Source: Collodictyon triciliatum (taxonomy: Eukaryota). Taken from it: a stretch of 34,955 nt of DNA. Positions 1 through 12,965 of this stretch are shown in pieces (positions within the stretch are counted from its first letter, which is position 1; each line of letters opens with the position of its first letter). The notes below the pieces were generated by a model that was not told the origin of the DNA, did not search any database, and saw nothing but the letters and a program-made list of their open reading frames with translations. The position numbers were made by a program, and so were the translations under genes. The stretch covers positions 1 through 34,955 of the forward strand of contig JBHJMP010000080.1 of NCBI GenBank assembly GCA_043381765.1, in the 5' to 3' direction.

Positions 1-105
1 ATAGTAATAATAGTAATAATAGTAATAATAGTAATAATAGTAATAATAGTAATAATAGTAATAATAGTAATAATAGTAATAATAGTAATAATAGTAATAA
101 TAATA
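1..105. repeat. (AGTAATAAT)n 9-mer tandem repeat, in an intron of the kinase gene
   Basis: Period-9 array read directly, running off the window start. Confidence 0.95.
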
Positions 106-204
106 TAAACGAAAGCCGTAAAATTGAATGCTAAGGACCAAAAAAAAAAAAAAGAGAAAGAAACCAACCTAACTTTAGTGTATTTTATTTTATTTTATTT
201 GTAG

Positions 205-1235
205 GGGTATCTCGTACTTACATTCCTTTAAACCTCCTGTAATTCACCGAGATTTGAAAACAGAGAATCTTTTGGTGAGTCATTTTTTTTTTTAAAAAAA
301 GCCATATATAAGGCTGAGTGTGAAGTGTTGACCAGAAGACTCATAACATTAATGTATTTCTCTTTTTATGGTTTTCATTTTGTATGCTTTCCTTCTTTTA
401 TATTTAAATTGATTGTCAAGGTGGATCGAGATTATCATATTAAGATAGCAGACTTTGGTATATCCCGAGTCAAATCGGTCTCATGCGCCATGACCCAATG
501 CGGAACCCCCAAATATATGGCCCCAGAGGTACCGCACACATTCAAACACGATTTAACTTCATATACGTACTCTGTGCAAAGGAAATGGTTGCCAGTGGAA
601 TGAAACAGATTTCTGCCTTGCATGCACCCTATCGACCATACTTTAAGAATGTCCTCTTACCTAGGTTCTCAAGAACGATAAGTACGATGAGAAAGCAGAC
701 GTGTACAGCTTCGGAATGGTGATGTGGGAGATGCTATCTCGCGAGGTAAGTTATTCATAATATTAATATGTTTAGTTTCAAAAAGGAGTTCTTTCTCATC
801 AAAAACAAGACGTCTGTTTGTTCACCCAAACTACCCTGCTCATAATATTAGGAACCATATGCCGATATGCACCCCGTGGTCGCAGGGATGAAAATTGCCT
901 ACAAAGGTCTGAGGCCCAACATTCCTGACGGGGCCAACCCCGAGTTTGTCAGTCTCATCAAGGTTTGCTGGGAGACTGCTTCAACAAAACGCCCACCCTT
1001 CACTGAGGTACGCGTTCGCTGCTTTCTTTCTCTCTCTACATAAGTCCTGTTATTTAAAATGATATTGGTGCTGTCAACCGTATCCGGTAGATTAATTGGT
1101 ATATGTTTATGTCCCTTCTTCATGTCCTGAATCTATATATCTACTCTATAATGTAAAGTATTCCGTAAAGGTCTCCTACATTTAATATTCTAGATAATCA
1201 CGCGGCTTAGCGCACTGGCCAAAACAATCCGATAG
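205..1235 (+). CDS. Protein kinase, TKL/Raf-like group, C-terminal half (5' end lies outside the window)
   Basis: Exons 205-274, 421-528, 665-745, 852-1007 and 1194-1235 splice in frame: GISYLHSFKPPVIHRDLKTENLL|VDRDYHIKIADFGISR...CGTPKYMAPE|VLKNDKYDEKADVYSFGMVMWEMLSRE|EPY...GLRPNIP...CWETASTKRPPFTE|IITRL...*. HRDLK, DFG, GTxxYMAPE and CW..RP are kinase subdomains VI-XI of TKL type. Confidence 0.93.
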
Positions 1236-1399
1236 GTCTATGCACAAAAATGACCGCACCGACCAACCTATGCTTGTCGTCTGCACTGTGTCGTAGAGCC
1301 ATTATTCAAAGTGGCACCTACCCCAGAACAATAAACATCACATGAATCGTAACTGTACTAGGCTAATTCCTTTCATCGATACTCATCATTTCAAAAAAC

Positions 1400-2076
1400 N
1401 NNNNNNNNNNNNNNNNNNNNNNNNNNNNNNNNNNNNNNNNNNNNNNNNNNNNNNNNNNNNNNNNNNNNNNNNNNNNNNNNNNNNNNNNNNNNNNNNNNNN
1501 NNNNNNNNNNNNNNNNNNNNNNNNNNNNNNNNNNNNNNNNNNNNNNNNNNNNNNNNNNNNNNNNNNNNNNNNNNNNNNNNNNNNNNNNNNNNNNNNNNNN
1601 NNNNNNNNNNNNNNNNNNNNNNNNNNNNNNNNNNNNNNNNNNNNNNNNNNNNNNNNNNNNNNNNNNNNNNNNNNNNNNNNNNNNNNNNNNNNNNNNNNNN
1701 NNNNNNNNNNNNNNNNNNNNNNNNNNNNNNNNNNNNNNNNNNNNNNNNNNNNNNNNNNNNNNNNNNNNNNNNNNNNNNNNNNNNNNNNNNNNNNNNNNNN
1801 NNNNNNNNNNNNNNNNNNNNNNNNNNNNNNNNNNNNNNNNNNNNNNNNNNNNNNNNNNNNNNNNNNNNNNNNNNNNNNNNNNNNNNNNNNNNNNNNNNNN
1901 NNNNNNNNNNNNNNNNNNNNNNNNNNNNNNNNNNNNNNNNNNNNNNNNNNNNNNNNNNNNNNNNNNNNNNNNNNNNNNNNNNNNNNNNNNNNNNNNNNNN
2001 NNNNNNNNNNNNNNNNNNNNNNNNNNNNNNNNNNNNNNNNNNNNNNNNNNNNNNNNNNNNNNNNNNNNNNNNNNNN
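1400..2076. other. Assembly gap (677 N)
   Basis: Run of N; probably hides the 5' exon(s) of the hydrolase. Confidence 1.
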
Positions 2077-2102
2077 AAAAAAAAAAATGCACCTTCGACC
2101 AG

Positions 2103-3951
2103 AGCCCTTTCCCCCTTTTTCCACGTCATGTGCGTGGACGTTGTCGGCCGAGGCAAATCTGACAGACTCGAGGAAGCGGCTCATTACAACTATTCACAGT
2201 ACTGCAATGACTTAGCTACGGTTCTGGCACCTTATACTAAGGTTTACTACGTAAGTGATTCTGAATATAACTTGCATATAGAAATGTTGCATTGGTCTTG
2301 GGCATCGATGCGTTTAATAACAAATAAAAGAAAACTTCAACAGCTCGGGACATCCATGGGTGGAATCATAGCGTAAGTAACGTGCGCTATCACTATATCA
2401 CCCCATATATCTTTGAATCGAATAAGGGGAAAAAATCATCCCATATATATCCCAGATGAGAGCACATACAAATTTATTAGAAGGAACGCAGAATGAGATT
2501 TTGCATGATAAATAATAATAAATAAGACGGAACAAATATAAATCAAAAGAGTAATTATGTAGAATATAATAATTTACTCGTCTATATATTATGCAACATG
2601 TCAAGCGTTGAAGGGTTTGATCCTTGCTCGAGTTGATAGTTAAAAAGGGATTTTTATTCTTAAAGTTTGGGTGTAATGACCCTCTGTAACAATTTTCAGG
2701 ATGATGCTTGCATCTCGACATAACCACCCAATCGAGCGTTTGGTCTTGAACGATATTGGTGCGTTTGTCCCTGCTGCTGGCCTGAAGAGAATATCTTCTT
2801 GTATGTTCTAATCAGTTTTTTTTTATTTTTATTGAAACACACATGCATTTTAAAATTAATTCTGTAATTCTAGCTTTGAGTTCTCCCCAAAAAAAGTGAT
2901 ACAATTTGGATAACTTGCACAATCTGATACAGAAATCGAATATCGATACCAAATTATCTTTCCTTTATTCGATTCAAATTGATGTCGATTCTTAACTGAA
3001 CAGATGTTGGGAAAGTGGTGCGATTCGAGACTCGAGATGATGCCTTGGAGTACTATCGCGTGGCAATGAGTAGCTTCAATTTATCTGGCGGTGACTTAGA
3101 GCGCTTTGTGGACATCTCCATCCGCCTTACGGAGAAAGGTGATTACGAAGCGAATTACGACCCAAAGATAACTCAGGTGACCCCAACTTGCAATACCTAT
3201 TTCAGTTTGACTTTGGGTTTGTCTCAAGGCAAAAGAGATCCCTCAATGAGTTTGCATTATCTCAATAATCTTGTTGGTGGATTGCCCAAGTTTCTCTCTG
3301 TTCTTACATGTATCTTATCCATCTGGAAAGGCAGGCTCTATTGAACCAAAAGCAAAAGCAAAAGCAAAAGCAAAAGCAGAAGCAAAATCAGGAACTTACC
3401 CAAAAAAAAAAGTAGCAGAACTAAATATAATCTCTTTATTCAAAAGGTCTTCAACTCAAATCCAAATGATATAAGCTTCTGGAATCTGTGGGAAAAGATA
3501 GATGTCCCCGCCCTTATCGTCCATGGTTCTCTATCCGATATCTTACTCTATGAAACGATTGAACAAATGCAATCAAGTGGTAATTGCTTGACACTTTCAC
3601 TCTCAAACCAAAGAGGCTCGGCCCTAGTGGCACCTTGGGCTGCTTGACAGGCCGTACCCAGTTAGAGTCGCGCTTTTCTCGAACGAAAGAAAGCCGATTC
3701 CACTATTCAACTTCTGCTCTGTTATGTCCCAATCTGTTTTATAGAAATAATCTAAGCGCCGCGTTTTTTTTTTTTTTACTGAATACCTTCAAAACACAGC
3801 CAAAAACACGCTTGATCTTCTGGACGTCCCTGGTGTAGGCCATACCCCTATGTTATGGTCACCTGATCAGATCGGCTACGTCGTTGACTTTTTCCGAAAG
3901 GGCCTCGATCCCGGCTTGGGAGGCACCAAAGAAGCTCTGGTCGATTGTTGA
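2103..3951 (+). CDS. Alpha/beta-fold hydrolase (esterase/lipase-like), 5' end missing in the gap
   Basis: Exons 2103-2250, 2344-2372, 2700-2800, 3004-3176, 3447-3579 and 3800-3951 splice in phase. Motifs: CVDVVGRGKSD, nucleophile elbow GTSMGG, RLVLNDIG, YDPKI, HGSLSDIL (acid), PGVGHTP (His); TGA at 3949-3951. Confidence 0.92.
3347..3387. repeat. (GCAAAA)n short intronic repeat
   Basis: Read directly in a hydrolase intron. Confidence 0.8.
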
Positions 3952-4676
3952 GACGGCGGGCAAGGAAAGGAGCTTCTGGGATCCGAGCCACAAGGACCTG
4001 ACGTCAGCTAGTCCGCTCGCCAGCCTCAGAAATCATGCCGACTGCGGCAAAAAAAACAAAGACAAAAACAAAAACGAAAACAAAAAACACAAATAAAAAA
4101 AAAAAAAAGGGAAAAATGAGCGCGCTATGGCACACGTTCAGTATTGTTGTATTGCTGTGTGCATGGGCCCAGGTCGTAAGTGGAGCGAGAGAGAAGCCTT
4201 GATCGATCGGCGGGCCAACCACAATCGTTCTGCAGTCCGGCTACAAAGACCGGCTCGACAGTCGAGACGACGAACCACAGACACCCGCGCCTACTTTGTG
4301 AGGAATCTCTTCAATCGGCTGATTGTACTGGTGGATGAGAAAGGATCTATTTGTGCTCTTAATATGGCGATTTCTTTGGATTCAAAGCGATTGATGACAG
4401 CATCACCTATTTTGCACGGCTATAATAGCCCCCACCGAAGGGCTCGCGTGTTAGACGCCTGTCCTCAATGCCGGGCGATTGTCTTGGGTCTGGCTGGCCG
4501 TTTGGTGGCAGAGAAGCGATGCGGTTTGTGTGCGCCAGTCGGCTCGCACGCATGCGAGTTTCGGGGCGGCCGTGCCGTGTGTTTGGGGGGTGTGGTCGGG
4601 TCTCTATTCATCGGGTGCGAGTTGATCGCTGTGCAGCCGAACGAAAAGGGGATCTCCCTGGCTGGACAAAACTTGA

Positions 4677-4934
<258 letters not shown>

Positions 4935-5021
4935 GGACACAAAATAAGCATGTATTGCTAAAATAAAGGTGTGATTCTTTTGCATATGATTTTTTTCTTC
5001 GTTTCGAATGGCATCGCTGTT

Positions 5022-8000
5022 TTAATCGAGAACAGCTTTCTGAGGTAACATAATTGGTGGCCCACCGTAATCAAAAAGCCACACTCTCTGAGAGACTCCA
5101 GCATTCGAGTACGAGCCCACGAAAAAGACAAACACATTCCTGATTGAGACCCCCGGGGAAGTAGGTAGAAGATAGGAAGGGAGGACGGACGGCCGCTGTG
5201 TCCATACTCTCAACTCTATTTTCCAAACCATTTGTTATGATTAGATTGACTCAGCCAGCATTTGAATGGGATCTCTTTTGGCTCAGCGTTAAATGAAGAA
5301 TGTGCTGATAGTTCGTTTAGATTGTCCAAGACACTATTATGTTCTTTAATGTTCTCTTCTTGCAATAAACATCACAAATGTGTTAAGTTAAAAATAAAAT
5401 AATATGATTATGATTTTGGGTATGATTGTACCTTTGGAGAAGCTCCACATATCAGCTAAGGATTGACCTTTATCGTCAACACCTCCAATGACAAAAATAT
5501 TCCCGTTGTAGAGGCCCATTTGATGGCCGCTTCTGGGTGTCTTTATGGGTATGCATGTGTTGCAATTTAGTCGAAAGTATTAGATTGTATTCATAACTGC
5601 ACTATTAATGCGAGCTGAAAAGAACATTTCAGTGGGATGTGGTGTTATCTGAGAACAGCAATATTATCTCACCGGACAATTTTGCAACGAATATGATGTT
5701 ATGTAATTGGAGTGAACGTCCCAACGGAATATTGATTGATAGTTCTCACGACCCGAAACTAGAGAAGATGCCTACGTGTATTTTTATCCTTAAAGAAGCG
5801 ACTTATTTTAATGGATAATTCTAATGTGACCAACTGGCGAGCTTCATTTGAACTTGAGTTGGTATATCAACCCGGTTCTTCTGATATCTCTCGATGCTTA
5901 ACAAGAAGAAAAAAAAAGGAAATATAGGAAATACACTCTCAAAAATTCGTTTTGAAGAACCAAGAAAAAGACAAGATGAAGATAGCTTTACCCATCCACC
6001 AAACATCCAGTACGTCGAACCTTCTTGAACAATTCCGATATTAAAGCGAGAAAAGGGTCTCTCATCACTGGCTAAGTTACCAGCGACAGTGCCGACAGTC
6101 CAAATCAACGTATCTATCCATGTGTGTGTGTGTTTTTTTTTTAATAGAAAGTACGCTAGGTTATGCAAAGTTTTGAATAGATATCATTTTCATAAATTAA
6201 TATATTATCGAAAGGAACACCAGGGGAAGACCATTGGATTATCTAAATTAATATTTAGATGATTTTCTTTCTTTCTGATTTTAAGAACAGACCAGTGTCC
6301 AGATACCACAGATTTGTGTCTATCAGACCCTCATCCTCGGAACCACCCCAGATGTAAACTAGACTTTTGTAAGCAGCAATCGATGCCATGGACCTCGCGG
6401 CAGGCCCAGTAGGCGTATTTGAAGGGGGGACGATCAAAGTCCATTTACGAGTACCTACCATTTAAATTCAAAAGATGAGACTCCTTTGGTAGTAGTTACT
6501 ATTTTCTTGGTGAATATCTGTTTTGTTTTGTTTTGTTTTGTTTTGTTTTGTTTTGTTTTGTTTTGTTTTGTTTTGTTTTGTTTTGTTTTGTTTTGTTTTG
6601 TTTTGTTTTGTTTTGTTAATTTCCTTTGATATTTTCAACTAAATCACTGACTCAGGTTGAAATTCCATAAATCATTCAAGAGTAAGGAGTAGAGATATTC
6701 CGTTTTGCCTCCGAATACAAGGACGGAATTATTGCCATTGGACGCGATTCCAGAATCTCTTCGTTGCATGGGCTGATAGTAAATTGACGAGTCTGCCCAT
6801 GTTCGTAATTCTGAAAAGTGATAAGTTTCATAATTAATTTACATATTATGATACTAGTGGAATTTTTCAAACACAGTTCTTATTGGAAGGGGGGAAGGGT
6901 TGAGAAGTAGCAAGGAAGGGGAAACATATTTGATGAAGGGGGGGACAGGAAAGAGGGGAAAAGTGTCGATAAAAGATACCTGCATCCCAAACCCAACAGT
7001 CTGAACCTATTTGCCCTTCTTTTGGGGCGCCTCCTATGATTATAAGTCTAGTCCCTATGACGGTCGAAGCAGCTCCAAACTTGGTTGTTGGCGCCAAGAT
7101 AGGGACATTTGTGTTCAAATTATCATAAGACTGATAGAAGGTAATCTTCAATTGGGCTATATTGTAAGTTAATTTTGTGTGAACCTCTATAACCGGAGAT
7201 ATGGGCAGACACAAGCTTTGGATTTCAATTTTATTTTGTGATCAACCTATTTTGTCATTTATTTGAAGAGAAAAAATGCATACCCAAATCTATGATGATG
7301 GAATCACGAAGGGCAGTGCGGCCTTTGATGCCACCAAATATATGCAACTCAAACCCGATTACGCCATAATTCATCGAACTACGAGCAAAGTTACACGCCT
7401 TGGCATCTTGGCATGCTGTTACACACTTGCTCGTTTGAATTGTACCTCCAAATTTCCATGTTGAAGATGCTAAGGGGCCAAAGAAATCTTTAGCATCTGA
7501 TTTAAATTTGATGGGAGTACTAAATTTAAATTGGAGGGGAAATGTTAACCTATATCGTATATGTAAATATGTGAGACATCCGTGGTTCCATCCCAGCCTC
7601 CAAACATGAATATTTTGTCATCTAGAATTCCACCGCTGGAATGCGAAAGAGAAGGCGTTTTCCCAACCGTTTCAATCGGAATAAGAAAGTCTCTGACTAT
7701 CGATTTTAATCAGAGCAATTCGCGATTAGTAAGGTATACATCTAAGTTTATTTATACAAAATAACAGTATATTGAATTATACCAGGGTCGAAGGTCCACA
7801 TCGCTGATTGAGGTACTTTATTATGCTAAAGCATTGGGATTTTACTTAACCAATATTGAAGAAGGTTGGCTAAATGTCAACATGTTATATTTTTGAAGAC
7901 TTTCATTAATCTAATTTAAAAAAATTAAAAAATACCGATGCTCCTCCTATCATGTATATCATATCGTTGTAAAGAACACACAATTGCCCAGACATTGAGA

Positions 8001-11000
8001 CGTTATATGATGACCTCAACTTTGTCCAGGTAAAGTTTGTGATATTCATGAAGTAAATATTGTTATCAGATGTATCCGATCCGATTCCCCCAATTAGAAA
8101 GAATCCATCCTTGTACTCCACCAGGCAACCGTCCGCACGCTCTGTTGGTGTATCACCATACGCAAAGTCCCGATACCAGATATTAAGGTCTAATGTATGC
8201 ATTAAAGACTTTAGGCTAATTTCATGTTTTTGAGGACTGGGTTTCCCTGGTGTAAAGTTGAGAAAAGAAAGGTAAATAACCAGAAGAAATTGAAAGCTCA
8301 GAAAAATTGAAAAGCCAAAAACAGAAACAGAGACAGAAACAGAGACAGAAACAGAGACAGAAACAGAAACAGAAACAGAAACAGAAACAGAAACAGAAAC
8401 AGAAACAGAAACAGAAACAGAAACAAAAACAAAAACAAAAACAAAAACAAAAACAAAAACAAAAACAAAAACAAAAACAGAAATAAAAACAAAGACAAAA
8501 ACAAAAACAAAGAACAGCATACAGCATACAGCATACTGAATTCATGGAACGAACCTGAGATATCACTTTGACCACGCATTTCCAATTCTTTTGAGTTATC
8601 TACTTCTAAGGATATGCTTGCTTCTTTCTCGGGTTGTATGCCGTTGACTGGACATGGGCTGTGGGCAAGGTGTGTTTTCTCGCTAATGGCCTTTAGGGGT
8701 GTAGGTGTATCCTGTGCAGTTTTGGAACTCACACTAACTTGTTTGAGCTTCACTTTGAATTTTGACTAAAATTTGATGATGATTGATTGTTAAAGGCAGT
8801 CCAAAGAACTCGTAACGAGTCTATTGTAGGAAAACAAGAAACAAAGGAGAAACTTAAAACTGAAGAAAAAAATACACTAGAGGAAACAGCTGACGGTCGG
8901 GCTGAATCAAAAGAAGGGTTTTCATTCAAATCAATCTTCAAAGTTTGGCTTTGAATGTCAGTAGGTGTATCCACATTTCCGTCCTTTTGTTTTGATTTTT
9001 TCTTGGGACACTCTTCATTTCCTAGAGTAGTGTAATATATATATATATATATGTATATTTATTAAAAAGCTTGAATATTAGTGCCTAGAGAAATTGCAGT
9101 GAGGTTTTTGGCCACAGAGGGGTATCTTATCGGTCACTTTAATTATGCTTTTTTTATACAGAAATTAATAATCTTTAAACTAACCTTCGCCAGGCTCAGA
9201 ATGCGGTCTCTTTGCTGTACCATCTGGTGGGGATATGCCTATATGTGATAATGCAAGAGTAAGTGTGAGCGCCGAAGAGGAGGTACATACTGAAGAGAGG
9301 ACCTTATTTTATTAAAATAATGAACAAGAGTTACCATCAGCAAGGGCTTTTACCGAATGACCAGCTGTAAGTTTATCAGAAGAGATTTCTGCTTTGAGTG
9401 AGGTATTGGTGCGTCGGTCAAGATGAGTTTCAGGTGCAAGTGGGCCACTTATAACTGGCTTTTCAGCGGAATCCTTTGGGTTCATAACACTTTGGTCTGG
9501 TAAAACCTTTGATTTCTTTAAAAGTATTGCCTTTTCACTTTTTATTAGCGGAGAAATAATTTCTTTCTTGTCATTTTCTTGTTTTTCGGGCAAGGAATCA
9601 TATTTTCCCTTCACTTCTGTGTTATAGTGAGTTTGCAATTTATCATTTGTTGTAAGAGAAACATGATTAGGGTCACCGTGGGGGTAGATAATTTGATTCA
9701 CAATATGGGTTTCATCTTTAGGGTAATTGAGGCTTATTTTGCAGGGCTCAGGGCTTAAAGTTTCATTAATGGCACCATCCTGATTCCTTTTCGTGGCAGA
9801 ATTTCTCTTCACAGGCTTTGTACTGATTATTGAAGCTAGATTTTTTGTTCCACTGTCCTGATTTGTTTCTGAGAGGCTATCAATTTTGTGTGCCCCAGCA
9901 TTGTTCACGTATTCCTTCTGTTCAATTGTATGCTCAACCTTATTACCGGGAGTATTCCCTTTAGGAGTATTTCGATGCTTTTTACTTCCTCCGGATTGTG
10001 ATAAGTCCGTTTCATGGTGAGATATTGGTACAGATTTTGATGGTATTACCGATTCGTGTTTTGGAGCTTGATTCAACCCTGGTTTCGTGATCAATGGCGA
10101 TATGTTCGATTTTTTAGATGGTTCATCGCTAGAATTTTGTGAAGTCATCCATAGCCTCGATTCTGGGTCAGAGTTTTGTTTGAAAATTTCTGCGTTGGAT
10201 GTGGTTGACCCTTGACATAAGATGTCAAGAAGTGTCATCTTGATGTCTATGATTTCCTTTGGGGCATTAGAAGCACTTTTTGGCAGAGCTGGTGAATCTG
10301 AATCAGATTTCCGTGCCGGCTTTATGATAAAGCTACCCTTTTTTGATGCCTTTTCATTCTCAGCTGTGCTGAGGTCTACTCCAACGGCATCCTTTTTTTT
10401 ATTTTCTGATAAAGCTTCCGAATCGTTCGAAATCGCCTTTGTTTCTACTTTTTCTCTGGCCTCTTTGGCCCCTTTGGCCTCTTTGGAATCTTTTACATCT
10501 GCTTTGGAGTCCTTCTTCGTATCAGAAGACCTTTTCAGATTATCTTTTCTATTTGGATCATAAACATTTGCTTCGTTTGTTTTCTTTGGTATTAATACTT
10601 CTGATGTTGTTTCAATTCGTTCGATGAAATTAACAGATGATATCAAGACATGTTGATTATCCACCTCTCCGTTGCCTATGGACTGGGAACCTGAATTCAT
10701 ATTTGATGATTTAGATTTTTTTGTGGATATCGATTTTGGCAGCACCGGAGTACTCGGCTCTATCGCCCCTGATTCATCTAGTTCTTTAATTTTAAACTCT
10801 TGAAGTGAGTTTGATACCAATATGGCTATCGAAGGCTCAGTTTTGATAACATTTCTAATGGAGGGCGACTCTTCACTCTCAATATTTGGTTTGGAGAGAA
10901 TAAAATCGGAGTGTGTTGGAGATTTACCCAGCTCATAAATTTTGCTCGATTCAAGAACTCTGGTCGCACTAGAATTGTCAACTTTCGGAAAGGATACTTT

Positions 11001-12965
11001 GGATTCAGTTGGCTCACCTCTCTCGTTCTGAATGGAGGATGAACTGGGGATTTCTGTGTTGAGTTGAGTAATTGAATATGCAAAGAACAAGAATCACGAT
11101 ATTATTTATCGAATCGATAACATTTCTTCCGATGACGATGCCAAACTTGAATAACACAATTCGATAGAGAAAATAATATACCTTTTTTTTTTTTTTTTGT
11201 AAATTGGAACGAAATAAGCATGAAAAAAATGATACACAAGAACAGTAATGCACGGTACCTTTTAGCTCCCTCGATGAAATCAAATTTATCAAGGGGTTTG
11301 TATCTTTTTTTTCTCTGGATGGGGTGTACCCTGGGTCTGAATCCTTTTCTTTTTTCTGAGAAACTTTGCTGAGTTTTGTTTTTGGTGTTTCCATAGGTTC
11401 TTCGATGAGGTCGATATTTTCTTTGGTGTCTTTCTCCTTGTGCTTCGGGTGTGATTCAATTCGTAGAAGTTCCCATACGTTCACTTGTGTGACAGTATCA
11501 TCGCTGTCCCTATAAATAGTAGCGGTATAAATGGAGAAAACTGTTTTCAAAAATGAAATCGTAATGAATTTTGATTAAAACGTAAAAGTAAAGACTATCT
11601 TTAGATATTAAAATTATGAAAAGACAATTGCTGACCAATGGACGGTAATGCTCTCCCAATCTTTTCCATCATTTCTTATTTCTTCAATTCGACCTGAATA
11701 CACGATACCGTCGTCAAATTTCATTCCACAGGAGTCTCCGATCTTTTGTTAGTAGATTGAGTGCGTCAGTTCGATATGAGTGATGAAGGTTTTATAGATT
11801 TAATACATTTTGAGACTTATTGCAGATAATATATATGTTTGATATATCCAGCCAAATACATACTTTCCATTTTTTCGTTAGTGAGTCCTGGTAGATTTTA
11901 TACGGAACAATAAACGGAGTAAAATCAATGCCTTTTTTTGCGATGTAATCTAGCTTCAACTATATAATATCGAAATAGGAAACGAAATGTAAAAGAGAAG
12001 CAATTTGCACATATACTCGTCGGTAATAAGTATAAATATAAAAAAAACTAATGGCTACATCATAGAAAAATACTCCTGACAGCCCCAAACATTATTATAT
12101 ATTGAAATAACAAACTTCGATTTTCTTATCAGGAACAATGAATATGATTGAGACGGAACAATCAGGTAGAAGGTTTGAAGCTAAAAGATTAAATATAGAT
12201 TAATTGATTGCAGCAAACACTTGAGGTTTTTTTTCATTAGAAAAGCTTCGATACGTCAACAATTGATCTAATAATTGAATGATGTAGAATAGAGAACAGG
12301 AAGCAACCCGTGATATTGATAACCGAAACATCAGGAAATGTTCTTAGATTCAAGCGGCAACTCTCTTCTTTCATTTCTTCCCAGAGAACATGCCCAGCTT
12401 TAAAATACACGGCCTTGTCGCCAACCTGTTTTTTTGTTTTTTTGTTTTTTTTTAATGTTATGTATAGCTTTTAGAATTCTTTCAATCTAGACTCGGCTGC
12501 AATACCAAAATCCTTTTCGGTTTTCTAAATACATCAGCATAAGAATATGTAATCCACTTAAAACATATTTTTGATATCAATGTATACTTAGTATTAATTA
12601 TACATTGATATCATTTTCTAAAATAAAAGAAGTTGGGAGAAAACCTAACGGCTCAGCAATCTCTATGAACAATTATAAACTATCCACTAATTTTTTTATT
12701 GAACCTTGGGAATGTAAACGTCGGGTGCGAGTTCGGCAACAACAGTTTCTTCCTGCTTCCCTTTTTTTTTCGAGGCCTCTTTAGCGTTGGGTGCTAGAAT
12801 CATTAAGCTTGAGTCAGGCTGAACTGCACAAAATTAGCTTCACAGCTCAATTGACTTCGATTCAATAAGAAAATATTGTAATAAAAAAAAAGAAGCTTTC
12901 TTTTTTTTTTTTTCAATAACAAGCTCATCTGGTAGGTAGCACTCACTTTTCTTCTTCCGATCCAT
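5022..12965 (-). CDS. Large multi-exon protein: N-terminal PHIP/BRWD cryptic-Tudor (ancillary-like) module, long Ser/Lys/Glu-rich linker, about 10 C-terminal Kelch repeats
   Basis: About 22 GT-AG exons traced with compatible phases from ATG 12965 (MDRKKK|TPNAKE...) to TAA 5022. N-terminus VYIPKVGDKAVYFKAGH...FIVPYKIYQDSLTKKWKIGDSCGMKFDDGIVYSGRI...WESITVHWDSDDTVTQVNVWEL. One large linker exon at ~11053-9330. Kelch motifs FLIGG, YMIGG, FMFGGWDG, HIFGG, IIIGG, LVFGG, YIWGG, WMFGG, PRSGH...FVIGG...MWSF, VWLFD. Confidence 0.85.
6520..6617. repeat. (GTTTT)n intronic microsatellite
   Basis: Perfect pentamer array. Confidence 0.97.
8318..8510. repeat. (ACAGAA/ACAGAG/ACAAAA)n compound hexamer repeat, intronic
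   Basis: Hexamer array with a unit switch; followed by (ACAGCAT)3. Confidence 0.95.

Noticed and set aside
5216-5360. Alternative last exon of the Kelch gene (EENIKEH...WFGK*)
   Set aside because: The TAG at 5218-5216 works better as an acceptor, giving the Kelch-like MWSFSKELRVWTQ...VWLFD continuation to 5022.
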